Positions 29,236-39,800 of a DNA stretch of 59,671 nt are shown here, piece by piece. The notes beneath the pieces were generated by a model. It saw only the letters and a program-made list of their open reading frames with translations, was not told the origin of the DNA and made no database searches. Every line of letters begins with the position of its first letter. Within the stretch, counting starts at the first letter, position 1. This DNA comes from a virus (lineage: Duplodnaviria; Caudoviricetes). Location of the stretch: positions 1-59,671 of IMG/VR virus record IMGVR_UViG_3300032311_000698. One strand, written 5' to 3'. The translations under genes were made by a program, and so were the position numbers.

Positions 29236-30531
29236 TTACGCGCCATGAATTGCCTCCAAATTTCCAGTCTTGATCCGTATTGCTTTCATCACGTGCTCTT
29301 CAATAGTTCCGGCGGCGACAAGCACCTTTTGTAGCGCGTCTGACTTTGCTCCGTTGCGGTGTATCCGGCCCAATACTTGCAGGTAGTCCTTAGCATTGAA
29401 CGTGGGGCAGATGAGGGAGATGCGCGGGCGGACTCCGTTGATATCGTGTAGCGACAGACCAGTACCACCAGCGGCGATATTGACTACGATGCAGTTGGCT
29501 TTGTCGCTTTGGAAGTCATCAATCGCCTGTTGTCTCTGAGTCGCTGTCTGGTTGCCATCAATTTTAGGACAGTGTAAAAGTCCAATTAGAGCATTTAAAC
29601 TATCCGTAAAGTTGACGAAGATCACAACGCTGTTTCCGCCGTCTATGAAGTCCTCTGCCATCTCAGCGATGTCTGGCACTTTGAAGGACTCTGCCAGTTG
29701 GCGGGCTTTGAGGATATTGACCAGCACATGTTCGCTATTTGCTACCGTACCATTTAGTATGTACTCGTCGATAATCGCTGGCGTGAGACCCAATTGTTCA
29801 TAAGCTTTATCGATCTTCTTCAGATCTTTGAATTCGGTCGGCTCGACGAAAACACGATTGTCGCGGAAGCTATCTGGAAAATCTGCGGGCGTCAGCTTGT
29901 TGCAGTTTACTCCGTACATTGTGTGTCGGAGCGGAGCCAGCTTTGTTTTGGTCGCCAGCTTCCAGCCGCCCCAATCGTCCTGATAGCAGCCGTATTTCAT
30001 CATCCAGCTGTACCAGCTAGTCAGTCCGTTCTCTGGCTTGTTGAGTGAGTGTAATCCCAATAGATATCCCAAAGCCCGCATCTCAGTAGGGTCTTCAGCG
30101 GCAGTGGCGGACATGCCGTGCACGGCGTACTTCTGCTGTACCAGCGCGATTACGAGTTGGGCGTTTAGCGTGTATGGTCCTTTACACTTGTGGATCTCGT
30201 CTACCAGCACAAGCGTGTCTGGCGGCAAAGCCCAACGCATGATCTTCTTACCAGCTTTGGACATCCATTTCGTCTTGCCACCACGGATCTTCTCAAAGTT
30301 CGTTACGAATAGTGGCGTTATTCCATGTGCCATAAACTCACGCTCCCATGATGGGATAACCGCTTTCGGACAAAGTACAGCGACAGGCTTTCCAAAATCT
30401 CTGGCCAAATGGACTGCGACCACTGTCTTACCCGTACCGACACTAGAACTATCAAGAGTATTAACTCCGTTCTTGTGACAGCAAATAAAGAACTCTTTCG
30501 CATCGCTTTGTTTTGGGAACAGTGTTTTCAT
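29236..30531 (-). CDS. Superfamily 2 (SNF2-like) helicase
   Basis: VGTGKT, LVDEIH, SAT, GGTGLSL, QVLGRIHR. Confidence 0.88.
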   Translation of the reverse strand: MKTLFPKQSDAKEFFICCHKNGVNTLDSSSVGTGKTVVAVHLARDFGKPVAVLCPKAVIPSWEREFMAHGITPLFVTNFEKIRGGKTKWMSKAGKKIMRWALPPDTLVLVDEIHKCKGPYTLNAQLVIALVQQKYAVHGMSATAAEDPTEMRALGYLLGLHSLNKPENGLTSWYSWMMKYGCYQDDWGGWKLATKTKLAPLRHTMYGVNCNKLTPADFPDSFRDNRVFVEPTEFKDLKKIDKAYEQLGLTPAIIDEYILNGTVANSEHVLVNILKARQLAESFKVPDIAEMAEDFIDGGNSVVIFVNFTDSLNALIGLLHCPKIDGNQTATQRQQAIDDFQSDKANCIVVNIAAGGTGLSLHDINGVRPRISLICPTFNAKDYLQVLGRIHRNGAKSDALQKVLVAAGTIEEHVMKAIRIKTGNLEAIHGA

Positions 30532-30590
30532 TCGAGGAGTCACTTACTCGATAGTTCGGAGTAAGTCCAGAAAAAAATTCAAAAATCTTT

Positions 30591-30869
30591 CTAGTCCTCT
30601 GAAATAGCGTCTTCTGGATCGGCCCACGACATGAAGGCAGGGGTGTTCTCTCCAACCCATGCGCCCTCCACGTTGTAGTAGAAATATTCGATGGCGTCCT
30701 CTTCCGTCATTTCGCGTTGCAAGATCTCAAGGCATTTCTCAAAACTGTAAACGGCAAAGGGCTTGCCGAACTGACGGGCGATTCCCATGAACGCTTCTTC
30801 AAAGCCGTCAGCAAGGATGACTTCTTCTTCGTCGTCAAGGCATTGTTCAAGTGTAGATGCAATGTCCAT
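30591..30869 (-). CDS. Conserved acidic phage protein
   Basis: ADGFEEAFMG...AVYS...AIEYFYYNVEGAWVGENTP. Confidence 0.7.
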   Translation of the reverse strand: MDIASTLEQCLDDEEEVILADGFEEAFMGIARQFGKPFAVYSFEKCLEILQREMTEEDAIEYFYYNVEGAWVGENTPAFMSWADPEDAISED

Positions 30870-30873
30870 AAGA

Positions 30874-31221
30874 TTACTTTCTTTTAAGTGGTGAAACTTT
30901 TGCGCCCATTCCGACACGGGCTTTTTCCAAAATTTTGCGTTTCTTTTCTGACGCTGACATTTCATTCGCCGTCTTTGGCGTATCACCAGAAACTCGTTTT
31001 GTTGGGCGGCAGTATTCTGTTTTCTCTCCAGCGCCGCAAGGCTTGCCTGTTTTCTGGTCAACCCACTTCTCGCGCTCCCAACGCTTCAGGCTGGTTCCGG
31101 CTTCCGTTTTCTTGACATTGCCCGATCCCTTTCGGCATTTGGCAATTGCTTGTGAAGCGCGAGCAGACGGGAATACGTCGTACTGCGCCTTTACTTTTTT
31201 GTAGCAACTATCTTTTGGCAT
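30874..31221 (-). CDS. Small basic Cys-containing protein (DUF5872-like)
   Basis: KVKAQYDVFPSA...LKRWEREKWVD..TGKPCG...YCRP.KRVS..TPKT. Confidence 0.6.
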   Translation of the reverse strand: MPKDSCYKKVKAQYDVFPSARASQAIAKCRKGSGNVKKTEAGTSLKRWEREKWVDQKTGKPCGAGEKTEYCRPTKRVSGDTPKTANEMSASEKKRKILEKARVGMGAKVSPLKRK

Positions 31222-31696
31222 AACGTTGTCTAGTGTACTGCGCTATGAGGAAAGCGTCAACTATGCCATCATGAGGCACAGTGCAACGGTTGTTCTTGCG
31301 CCAGTCCTCATCTGGAGCAAGTTCTTGCGCCTTCTTTAGCGCGAAGACTTTTGTCTGCGATTTGGGCACTTTACCCAACAAAGACTTCTGCCAGTCCAAT
31401 ACTTGAATAGGCTTTACTTCGAGTTCATGTGACTCGCACATGCCCATAATCTTGCCAAATGAAATGCCCATCGAGCGCATCGCTTGTGAGGACTTCGCGT
31501 GTTTCAATGGTTCCTCGATCGCGATCAAGGGTACAGTGTGCAAGTCAGTGATCCAGTCGTAGATTGTTCTGGTATCGACTTCGCGCTTTCCGGCACGTTC
31601 AAAAGTCGGCATCGCAAACTTGTCGATGACGGAACCATCGTGTGCTGATGTAGCACACAGTCCGCCGTCGAGTCCGTTGTCGATGCCTATAATCAC
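31208..31696 (-). CDS. RuvC-like Holliday junction resolvase
   Basis: IIGIDNG, IAIEE, HDGIVDAFLIA. Confidence 0.8.
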   Translation of the reverse strand: MIIGIDNGLDGGLCATSAHDGSVIDKFAMPTFERAGKREVDTRTIYDWITDLHTVPLIAIEEPLKHAKSSQAMRSMGISFGKIMGMCESHELEVKPIQVLDWQKSLLGKVPKSQTKVFALKKAQELAPDEDWRKNNRCTVPHDGIVDAFLIAQYTRQRYAKR

Positions 31697-31971
31697 CGCC
31701 GTTTCATTGTCAGTTGATCAATAATTTCAGAGCGAACGATGACGCCGTTTCCTTTTGCAGGAGCCCACTTGTCTTCGTATTTTCCAAGAGAAGCCAAAAA
31801 GAATACTTCTCTAGCGGTAGTTGGGATCACTCGATAATACGTCCCGCGTAATTCTACTGAATCGAAAGCGTAATCATCTACCGTAATCATTTTGCGTTTC
31901 TTCACCACCTCAGGATTCTTGCTTTCAATTCTTGCGAGAAACTGAATCGGGCTGCTGTGTAGTTCAATCAT
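31693..31971 (-). CDS. Hypothetical protein
   Basis: ORF overlapping both neighbours. Confidence 0.55.
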   Translation of the reverse strand: MIELHSSPIQFLARIESKNPEVVKKRKMITVDDYAFDSVELRGTYYRVIPTTAREVFFLASLGKYEDKWAPAKGNGVIVRSEIIDQLTMKRR

Positions 31972-32641
31972 CGTTTTGTTCTTCGTTTGGTATATCAATC
32001 ACTGTTGCTTTTTTCTTTACTCGAACAGCTCCATCTCCGCGATCGGCTTCGGTGTTGTTAAGAATGGAAATGTCAATGTGCATCTTGCTTTGGCCCCCAC
32101 CGTTCTTGGAGTTGAGTCCCAAGTTGCGGCGAATCAATTGGTCGAGTTCGGAGAGTTCCCGAACAGTTCTCGGACCACGTAGATTCTTCATGCTGTCCCG
32201 CATGAGCTTCACGCCAGCCGCCGCGATATAATGCTGGTACTTGTCTGCCGGAGTGGACTGCGATTCGGCGATCTCAAGGAGGCTCTTCTCTTCTTCAATC
32301 ACGGCATCGTGCATCGCCAGTCGGACCGCTTCGCCAGTCTTATTTTTAAGATCTTCCTCAAGGGTGTCGGCCAATGGATCGACTGGCTCTGCGTCAGGAT
32401 CAGCGATCGAATCAAACGGGTTTACCCTCTTCCTGATTCCGGCTTCCCGAATCCATTTGTGGATTGTGCTTTGGCTGACCTTCAGATCTCTGGAGATTGA
32501 AGTCACCATGTAGTCCTGTTGGTACAGGTCCAATGCACGCTGGCGAAGTCGAGAAGACTCTGCCGCAATCTGCTCTTTCGACTGTTTGGGCTTGCTCTTT
32601 ATGCCTTTTTTCTTCAGTACATTTTTTGTGTTGCTGCTCAA
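31964..32641 (-). CDS. HTH protein, putative terminase small subunit
   Basis: RALDLYQQDYMVTSISRDLKVSQSTIHKWI HTH followed by a helical region; adjacent and divergent to TerL; start taken at TTG 32641. Confidence 0.5.
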   Translation of the reverse strand: MSSNTKNVLKKKGIKSKPKQSKEQIAAESSRLRQRALDLYQQDYMVTSISRDLKVSQSTIHKWIREAGIRKRVNPFDSIADPDAEPVDPLADTLEEDLKNKTGEAVRLAMHDAVIEEEKSLLEIAESQSTPADKYQHYIAAAGVKLMRDSMKNLRGPRTVRELSELDQLIRRNLGLNSKNGGGQSKMHIDISILNNTEADRGDGAVRVKKKATVIDIPNEEQNDD

Positions 32642-32696
32642 GATGATGTGAATTAAAGTGGGGCCAACAAAAAATTCAAGAAAATTTTTCTGAAAA

Positions 32697-34484
32697 ATGA
32701 CAAATAAATCGAATCCTGCTCGGAGTGTTCTGGAGCCGCGTATTGACCCGACATCAAAAAAGATGGACGTCGGCGGTCTATTCATTAGGCCGACTAACCT
32801 GATAACGGCTCTGCTTTACGGCTTTGCCAAGCACGATCGTCCGGCGGCGAAGGAGTATTATTTCTGGCGCATTTGCGACGAGCTTTGGAACAACGACGAC
32901 CTTCCGGAAAAGCTGATGGTCCGCCATCCGTGGGCAGACCGCATGATCAAGAACGCGATTCGCAATAAATATCTAGCGGTTGGCGGTTCGGCTTCGTCTG
33001 GTAAATCGCATACAATGGCGGCGTGGGGCATCGTGAACTTCCTTTCACAGCCGCAGAATACCCTGATCCTTGTAACCAGCACCACGCTTCGGGAAGCACG
33101 GAAACGGATCTGGGGTTCCATTATCTCGCTCCTCACAGTGGTCGAGGACGCACCGATCAAGATTCGGGATTCGATTGGAAACATTGCCTACATCAACGAA
33201 AAGGGGGACCTTATTGAAAAAGCTGGCCTGTCACTTATCGCGGCAGAGAAAAGCAAGACACGTGAAGCGGTCGGCAAGTTCATCGGTATCAAGCAGAAAC
33301 GGGTGATCCTCATCGGTGACGAGCTTTCCGAACTGTCAGAGGCTATCCTCAACGCCGGACTTACCAACCTTTCCAAGAACCCTGATTTCCAAATGATCGG
33401 GATGTCCAACCCGAACAGTCGGTTCGACGCTTTCGGTGTCTGGTCTCAGCCGAAAAATGGTTGGGACTCGATCGACGCACAGATCGACGACGAGTGGGAC
33501 ACCAAATGGGGCGGCAAGTACATCCGTCTGGACGGCGAACGGAGCCCCAACATTATGGCCGGAGAGACCCTCTATCCTTGGCTCCCGACGGCGGAGAAGC
33601 TGGCGGAGGACAGGGCTTTGCTCGGACCAGAATCTCGCGGCTACATGCGGATGGTCCGCGCCGTGTTCTTCGATTCCGAAGAAACTGAAGGGATCTATTC
33701 AGAGGCGGAGCTGGCAAGGAGTGGCTCGCTCGGCAAGGTACAGTGGGCCGGAAAGCCTATCCCGATCGCCGGACTCGATCCAGCCTTCACCAACGGCGGA
33801 GACCGAACGATCCTCTATACGGGAAAGGTCGGCTACGATGTGAGCGGTCAATATGTTTGCGAGCTTGGGGAGGCAATCCACTTGAACGACGATGCCACCA
33901 ATAAGGCTATCCCTCGTACATACCAGATCGTCAAACAGATTAAGGACCACTGCGAGAAGCGCGGCATCCTTCCGGAAAACGTGGCGGTTGACTCGACCGG
34001 AGCTGGAGCCCCATTCTGCGACGTGCTTGCCGGAGAGTGGTCCTCTGGATTCCTCCGCGTAGGATTCGGAGGAAAGGCGTCAGACAAGCGTGTCAGCGCA
34101 AACAGCAGTCTGGTCGGGGAGGAACTCTACGTGAACCGTGTATCCGAACTCTGGTTCGTGGGCAAGGAGCTGGTCCGCACCAGACAACTGTTTGGAATTT
34201 CCGGAGACTTGGCCCAAGAGATCTGTGCCCGAAACTACGAGCTGGTCAAGGGAGGCACGCTCCGCGTGAAGATCGAGTCCAAGCTAGACTTCAAATCACG
34301 GTTTGGCCGATCGCCCGACTTGGCGGACGCTGCCTTCCTCTGTCTCGATCTCGCCCGCCAGAGGCACGGAGTGGTGGCGGTGGAGCCACTTCCGGAAAAC
34401 AAATCCGGTACGTTCCGCCGGACCAACTCGTTCCAGTCTCTCCGGAACGCGCTCAGTTCGGACATGACGATGGCTCTCGATTAA
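32697..34484 (+). CDS. terL: Terminase large subunit
   Basis: Walker A GSASSGKS, Walker B ILIGDE, coupling MSNP, nuclease GLDPAF, AVDSTG, SPDLADA. Confidence 0.92.
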   Translation: MTNKSNPARSVLEPRIDPTSKKMDVGGLFIRPTNLITALLYGFAKHDRPAAKEYYFWRICDELWNNDDLPEKLMVRHPWADRMIKNAIRNKYLAVGGSASSGKSHTMAAWGIVNFLSQPQNTLILVTSTTLREARKRIWGSIISLLTVVEDAPIKIRDSIGNIAYINEKGDLIEKAGLSLIAAEKSKTREAVGKFIGIKQKRVILIGDELSELSEAILNAGLTNLSKNPDFQMIGMSNPNSRFDAFGVWSQPKNGWDSIDAQIDDEWDTKWGGKYIRLDGERSPNIMAGETLYPWLPTAEKLAEDRALLGPESRGYMRMVRAVFFDSEETEGIYSEAELARSGSLGKVQWAGKPIPIAGLDPAFTNGGDRTILYTGKVGYDVSGQYVCELGEAIHLNDDATNKAIPRTYQIVKQIKDHCEKRGILPENVAVDSTGAGAPFCDVLAGEWSSGFLRVGFGGKASDKRVSANSSLVGEELYVNRVSELWFVGKELVRTRQLFGISGDLAQEICARNYELVKGGTLRVKIESKLDFKSRFGRSPDLADAAFLCLDLARQRHGVVAVEPLPENKSGTFRRTNSFQSLRNALSSDMTMALD

Positions 34485-34536
34485 GGATTCAGGATTCGGG
34501 ATTCGGGTTGGGGTTTTTCGCGTCTATTTCTGGCGG

Positions 34537-34698
34537 TGTATTTACATTGTAGTTTGATTGTCATTCTGTACCCCCCACTTGAAAACTTTCTATAGAATAG
34601 AATAAACTGATTGGGTTATAGCCCAATCAGTTTAATGGAGTATAGAAAAAGTTTTTATATAGGGATCTTGAAAGGGATCAAACTACAATGTAAATACA
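34537..34698. repeat. Nested inverted repeat containing palindrome copy 1
   Basis: 22-bp perfect arms 34537-34558/34677-34698 around TAAACTGATTGGG-TTATAG-CCCAATCAGTTTA; 34582-34634 is identical to 58782-58834. Confidence 0.9.
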
Positions 34699-34711
34699 TC
34701 CACCAAAAACG

Positions 34712-34739
34712 TTGACATTCGTTCCGGTGTATGTACAAT
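34712..34739 (+). promoter_or_regulatory. sigma70-type leaderless promoter
   Basis: TTGACA - 16 nt - TACAAT; ATG 34748 follows 8 nt later. Confidence 0.7.
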
Positions 34740-34747
34740 GTAAATAA

Positions 34748-35041
34748 ATGGCTACCCAACGATTTAAGAGACTACCTTCCGGTCAGATCCAGTATATGGG
34801 CGAGAAGTACGCTGGCTTCAATAAGCCGAAGAAAGCACCGTCCGGCTCCGAAAAGAAGTTTGTGGTTCTGGGAAAAGAAGGAGATAAGGTCAAAAAGGTT
34901 TCGTTTGGCGCGAGAGGGTATGAGGATTTCACCCAACACAAAGACCCCAAACGCCGCGCTAATTTCCGTTCGCGCCACAATTGCCAGACGGCTAACGACA
35001 AAACGACTGCCCGCCATTGGGCTTGTAAGTATCTTTGGTAA
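34748..35041 (+). CDS. Small basic protein (DUF5754-like)
   Basis: KKFVV...VSFGARGYEDFTQHKDPKRRANFRSRH...ARHWACKYLW. Confidence 0.7.
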   Translation: MATQRFKRLPSGQIQYMGEKYAGFNKPKKAPSGSEKKFVVLGKEGDKVKKVSFGARGYEDFTQHKDPKRRANFRSRHNCQTANDKTTARHWACKYLW

Positions 35042-35047
35042 ATTGTA

Positions 35048-35076
35048 TTGACAATGTAAGTCAAAGCCCCTATGAT
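35048..35076 (+). promoter_or_regulatory. sigma70-type leaderless promoter
   Basis: TTGACA - 17 nt - TATGAT; ATG 35085 follows 8 nt later. Confidence 0.7.
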
Positions 35077-35084
35077 CTCGCGCC

Positions 35085-35810
35085 ATGGCTGATCCGAAAT
35101 CTTTTGCTTCCACATACGCTGTCGCTTCGACTGACAAAGACACGCTTAACAAGCGTAGAGATTTGGCCTCTCGTTTGTTTCAAGCCAAGCAAGCGGGCAA
35201 GACTATGGAAGAAGCCCTCACATCTGAATCTGGAGTTGACGTCGGAAACCTCCAGAAGGGTTCCGTTGACACGAAGATGGGGACTGGACTCACTGAAGAA
35301 GAGGTCGCTGGGTTCGCCGAACGGCTCTACGCTGGAAAGTATGGCGGTCAGTCAGCAACCCCAACTACGGCTCAAGGATCCGGATCCGGATCCGGATCTG
35401 TATTTGATCAACAAGAGAAAGTAGCGCAAGCCGCTTCAGCAGCTTCTGGCGCATTTGGTGGTCCCAATTCCAAAGGGTCTTCGAGTCAATCTCAAGTCTA
35501 TACGCCACGTCTCGATAGATATGCTGCTATGCAGAGTAGACCGTTTGGATCAACGTCTTCTTTCGGACAAAGTAGACCGGTCGGATCGCGATCAAATCTC
35601 AGTGAGCCAAAGATCAAGACACAAGCCTACCGCGAGCAACAAGCTGCCTTGGGCCAGCAGACCCAAGCGATGAATCAGGAAGCTCTCGACATGAAAAAGA
35701 AAGAGCTAGAATTTAAAAAGACGATGTTGCGGAATGCCCAAAAAGAAGCTAGTAGCCCTACTGGATTCAGCTCCTCAACCATGGCATACTTTGGAGGAGT
35801 TCAAAAATAA
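35085..35810 (+). CDS. Putative internal virion (ejection) protein 1
   Basis: Gly/Ser/Gln/Ala-rich; first of three consecutive genes of increasing size, as in podophage ejection operons. Confidence 0.5.
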   Translation: MADPKSFASTYAVASTDKDTLNKRRDLASRLFQAKQAGKTMEEALTSESGVDVGNLQKGSVDTKMGTGLTEEEVAGFAERLYAGKYGGQSATPTTAQGSGSGSGSVFDQQEKVAQAASAASGAFGGPNSKGSSSQSQVYTPRLDRYAAMQSRPFGSTSSFGQSRPVGSRSNLSEPKIKTQAYREQQAALGQQTQAMNQEALDMKKKELEFKKTMLRNAQKEASSPTGFSSSTMAYFGGVQK

Positions 35811-36823
35811 TGGACGCGTTTTCTTATAGTTCAGATATTGCACCTCTGCAAAGAAATTATTTTGCTGATGTAGCAGCGGCTAGAGGGTTGTCAGAAAATG
35901 AAAAGTCAATGCTCACTTCTCAATACGCTTCCAAGATGGAAGCCAGCTTGGACAGCCAAATCAAATCTGCTAATTCTTTGATCGATGCTCAAGCTAGCGA
36001 GCTTAACTTTCGTGAGCAGCAATTCAAACTGAAGCAAGCTGCTGATGCTGCGAAACTGGAGCGCGATGCTTTGATCGCTATTCCAGAAATCACTAAACAA
36101 ATCACTGGTATTATGGCCGACCCATCTCTTGATGACGCCACAAGAAAAGCGAAAATCGCTGAATACAAATTCCAGAATGTTGGTCTTGTCTCTAATAACA
36201 AGACTGTTAGCAATGTATTTACGACAGCCGAAGGAACTATTGAAGCTCGCACAGCAGAAAGCAAAGCAGATAGAGATCGCGTAAACGCTTTGATCAATCC
36301 TCTTATTCAAACTGGTGAATCTGAAACTCTCAAAAAGGTTCTTGAAGGCAAGAATATCCCGATGGCTAACGATTACATCATAGTAGCTGAAGCCGTCGGC
36401 GCGTCCAAAAAAGCGGAAGCCGAACAAAAAGGAGCGAGAGCACAGCGTACTGAATTGTTAAAAAGAGAGGCAGCGCAGCAAACCGCACAAGTCGGAATAC
36501 TTAACAATTACATGAGCACTCTCCGCAGTCTCGCTCCGCAAGAAGCAGGTGTCGGCGGAGAGATCGGAACTCTTAAAGGCGGGCCAACCACAACGGCTGT
36601 GCCACAAGCACAACCATTCAAGTTTGCGCCAGAGAATCGTGTCGAACTCGAAGAAATGATGCGCGACCTCAACCCGATGCTTGAGAATGAAGACCTCTCA
36701 AAATACTCGGATGAAAATCTTTATCGTTCTGCTGTTCGTAGTACCACATCCTCTCTCAAAAAACTGTCGGGATTTCAATCCGGATTCCCCAGTAATAGAT
36801 TCTCGGCTAATCCATCCCAATAA
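35810..36823 (+). CDS. Putative internal virion (ejection) protein 2
   Basis: 337-aa helical protein preceding the giant gene. Confidence 0.5.
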   Translation: MDAFSYSSDIAPLQRNYFADVAAARGLSENEKSMLTSQYASKMEASLDSQIKSANSLIDAQASELNFREQQFKLKQAADAAKLERDALIAIPEITKQITGIMADPSLDDATRKAKIAEYKFQNVGLVSNNKTVSNVFTTAEGTIEARTAESKADRDRVNALINPLIQTGESETLKKVLEGKNIPMANDYIIVAEAVGASKKAEAEQKGARAQRTELLKREAAQQTAQVGILNNYMSTLRSLAPQEAGVGGEIGTLKGGPTTTAVPQAQPFKFAPENRVELEEMMRDLNPMLENEDLSKYSDENLYRSAVRSTTSSLKKLSGFQSGFPSNRFSANPSQ

Positions 36824-36839
36824 CAACAACAAATAACCA

Positions 36840-39800
36840 GTGTCTGCTATGTCAGAGCTTGATCAACTACTAAAACAAGATCCCGACTTCCTCCCTCTTA
36901 ACGATTGGAAAAAGGATAACGATACCGGAGACGAAATTAAAAACCGCAAGAATTATGCGGACTATGTTCGTGGAGAATACGTATCCGCTGGAGCATACAG
37001 CGACCGGATCGAGAATGAGATCCAGCAATCTACATTTGCCAGCTCGGTCAGCGACGGAGTTATCAGGGCGGATGATCAAAACGCAAAGGCTTTGTTGTTT
37101 ACACCGGACGAGCCCGATCTGGATACCAAACTCCAGACTATCCAGACCAATCTCGATACTACAGATCCAGCTTGGGACGCAGCCACGAAGTACCTCACGT
37201 TCAAAAAACTCAATCCGGACGACGCCGCATTGCCGGAAGATGTTCGCGCAAAGGGTGAACAGTATCTTGTAGACGCGCAATCCATCGCCGATACCGGATA
37301 CCGCAAGGCTGTTAAGTCAGCTGTCCGTAGCGGCGAACTCCCACTCGCCAAAGTCAAGAACGACAAAGGCGAGTACGAGATTCTTGTTTCACCGACGGCG
37401 GATGCTATGAATATGGCAGAGGCTATTCGCGCCAGTAAGAAGGGCGGCGTATCGTTTGCTGACGCTTCCGCTGTGCAGTCGAAACTTTCCACTCCAATTG
37501 GATTCAACGAGCCTATCTACAAGTTTGAGCGTTATACACAAGCTGCTTCGATGATCGAAGAGTACGCAAAGAAAGATTCGCATACATCCAAAATCATCCA
37601 GAACTATTCTGAAGAACTCGCTGCCGCTGATAAAGACGGACGCGCACCAAAATCTTTTGATGAATACGCTGGCTCTATCCGTTTTCAATTAAACAAGAGC
37701 GGCCTCATTCCGGAAGACGATGCCTTGTCAAATGAGGAGGTGTCGAAGGCACTTACACAGATCGCATATAACAACGCGAATGCAGGCGGTCGATTCAAAC
37801 TCTACGACAAACCAGAAGAGGCTTACAAGAATGTTCGCAATGTAGGATTTGGCATGGCCTTCGTGCACCCAGCAGCGTTGGTTAATGATAATCTTTTTTC
37901 TCAATCGGTGACAGATAACCCTAACCTTTCTGCCGACCAGAAAAAGATTCTTGAAGCCCGCCGTGAACCAGCACTTCAACAACAGTTTGATTCTACTAAC
38001 GATCTACTGTCCAAGTCATCAAAGTCGGACGAGTGGCTAAACGCGTTGCAATCTGGCCGCGTCTCTGGCAAAAAAGATACAGAGATCCTAAAAGAATTCG
38101 TATCAAATCCCGACAACTTCAGCGAGATTCAAGACCGCCTAGTTGGAGTTGGTAAATCAATCGTGGACGGTGTCGGCGAGATGGCCGCTGCTATCCCAAT
38201 GATGATGGGCGCAGATTGGGCACGCGACTACATGGTAGGCAACATCAAAGAGCGGAGCAATCGCCGCGAAGTCGCTCGTTTGTTCGGTGCAGAATACGGA
38301 GTCGTGCAAGATATCGCAGAATCACTTGCTCCGATGTTGGCCGACGTTGCCGCAACTGGATTGCTTGCAGCCGCTACCGCACCAGCCGCTGGCGTCGGCG
38401 GTGCTGGCTTCCTCGCCGCCAAGCAGGGAGCACGACTCACTGCAAAGGGGCTGCTCAAAGGGATGACCTCTAGTGCCTTGCGCCAGTTACCAACAGAGAC
38501 TGCCGAAGCCGCAGCTGAAAGGCTCGTTGCCCAAGGACTCATTAAGGCGTCCACAACCGAAGCCGGACTCAATGGAGCACAAGCCGCAATTAAAGGATTC
38601 AACAGCGAACTAGCTAAGACAATTGGTGGCACATCTGCCGTCGCACTCCCCGCATTCAACCGCTCTGCCGGAGCTACATATGCTTCGGTCTATGCGACAC
38701 TCGAAAACAACAAAGACCTTACTCCGGAAGAGAAGCACAATCGCGCACTCGGAGCCGGACTCATGGCTGGTGCAACTACCGCTCTCATAACTGGAGCGTT
38801 TGGTGCTTTCGGACGTGGCGGTCTTGAAGATGCCCTACTCAGCGGAGCCTCCCGCAAACAGATTAAGAATGTGGTCGCCCGTCTCGCCAATGTTGATGAC
38901 ATTCCGGATGATGTTTTCAATAAAGTTATTTCCAAACAGGTTTCTGAAACCCTTAAAAAGTATGGAACTTTCGATGCTGCTAAAGGAGTTGGCAAACAAA
39001 TTTTTAAGAACTCCGTTGATGAAGGGGCTGAAGAAGCTCTCGATCAATTTGTTAATAACTTCATCACAGATGCCGCCACAGATGAAGACACTCCATTCCT
39101 TGAAAAACTTGAACAAGCCGGACGCGCCGCTCTAATCGGCGGCATTATCGGTGGTGGCGTTCCCGCCATTAAAGCAATAAAGGGAGCTGTCATGGAACGT
39201 CCTGATATTGGAGTGCAGATCGGAGTCGAGACAGAGTTCGCTAGAGGTGTTAGCAACAAGCTGACAGAAAGCGGGAGCCCACTCACAGCTCAGACTGTCT
39301 ACAGTATCCTCACCGCCCCACGCCGCGCACGTGCTCCAATCGCTCAAGCAATTCTTGACCAGTCTCGCCAGCCAGCTATTGCCGATGAAGTAGCGACTGA
39401 AGTAGATACCGAAGTCGAAGATATCCAAACCCCAACAGCAGAGCAGATTACGGAGGCTCTTAACAATTCGACGTCTCCCGATACCGTTGCTAAAACAATT
39501 GTTGATGAGCGCGGCCAGTCGCAGTTTGCCTTTGTGGAAGATATCCCGACAACCGAAGTTGCCAAAAGAGGCCGTACAGTACGCAAGCCCGCTGGCCCTA
39601 CCAGTCCGGTGGCGCAGCAATTAGAGTTCGATTACACATCGAAGCAAGACAAGAAACCCCAAGACCAACTTGATCTTGGACTCGACACTTCAAGTCCAGA
39701 GAAGCCGAAGATAAAGAAGACGCGCACAGCATCTTCCACTAAAAGTATTAAGAAGGCAAAACTCGCAGAGCAGCTTGGACTTGATTTTGATTCCGCTTCG

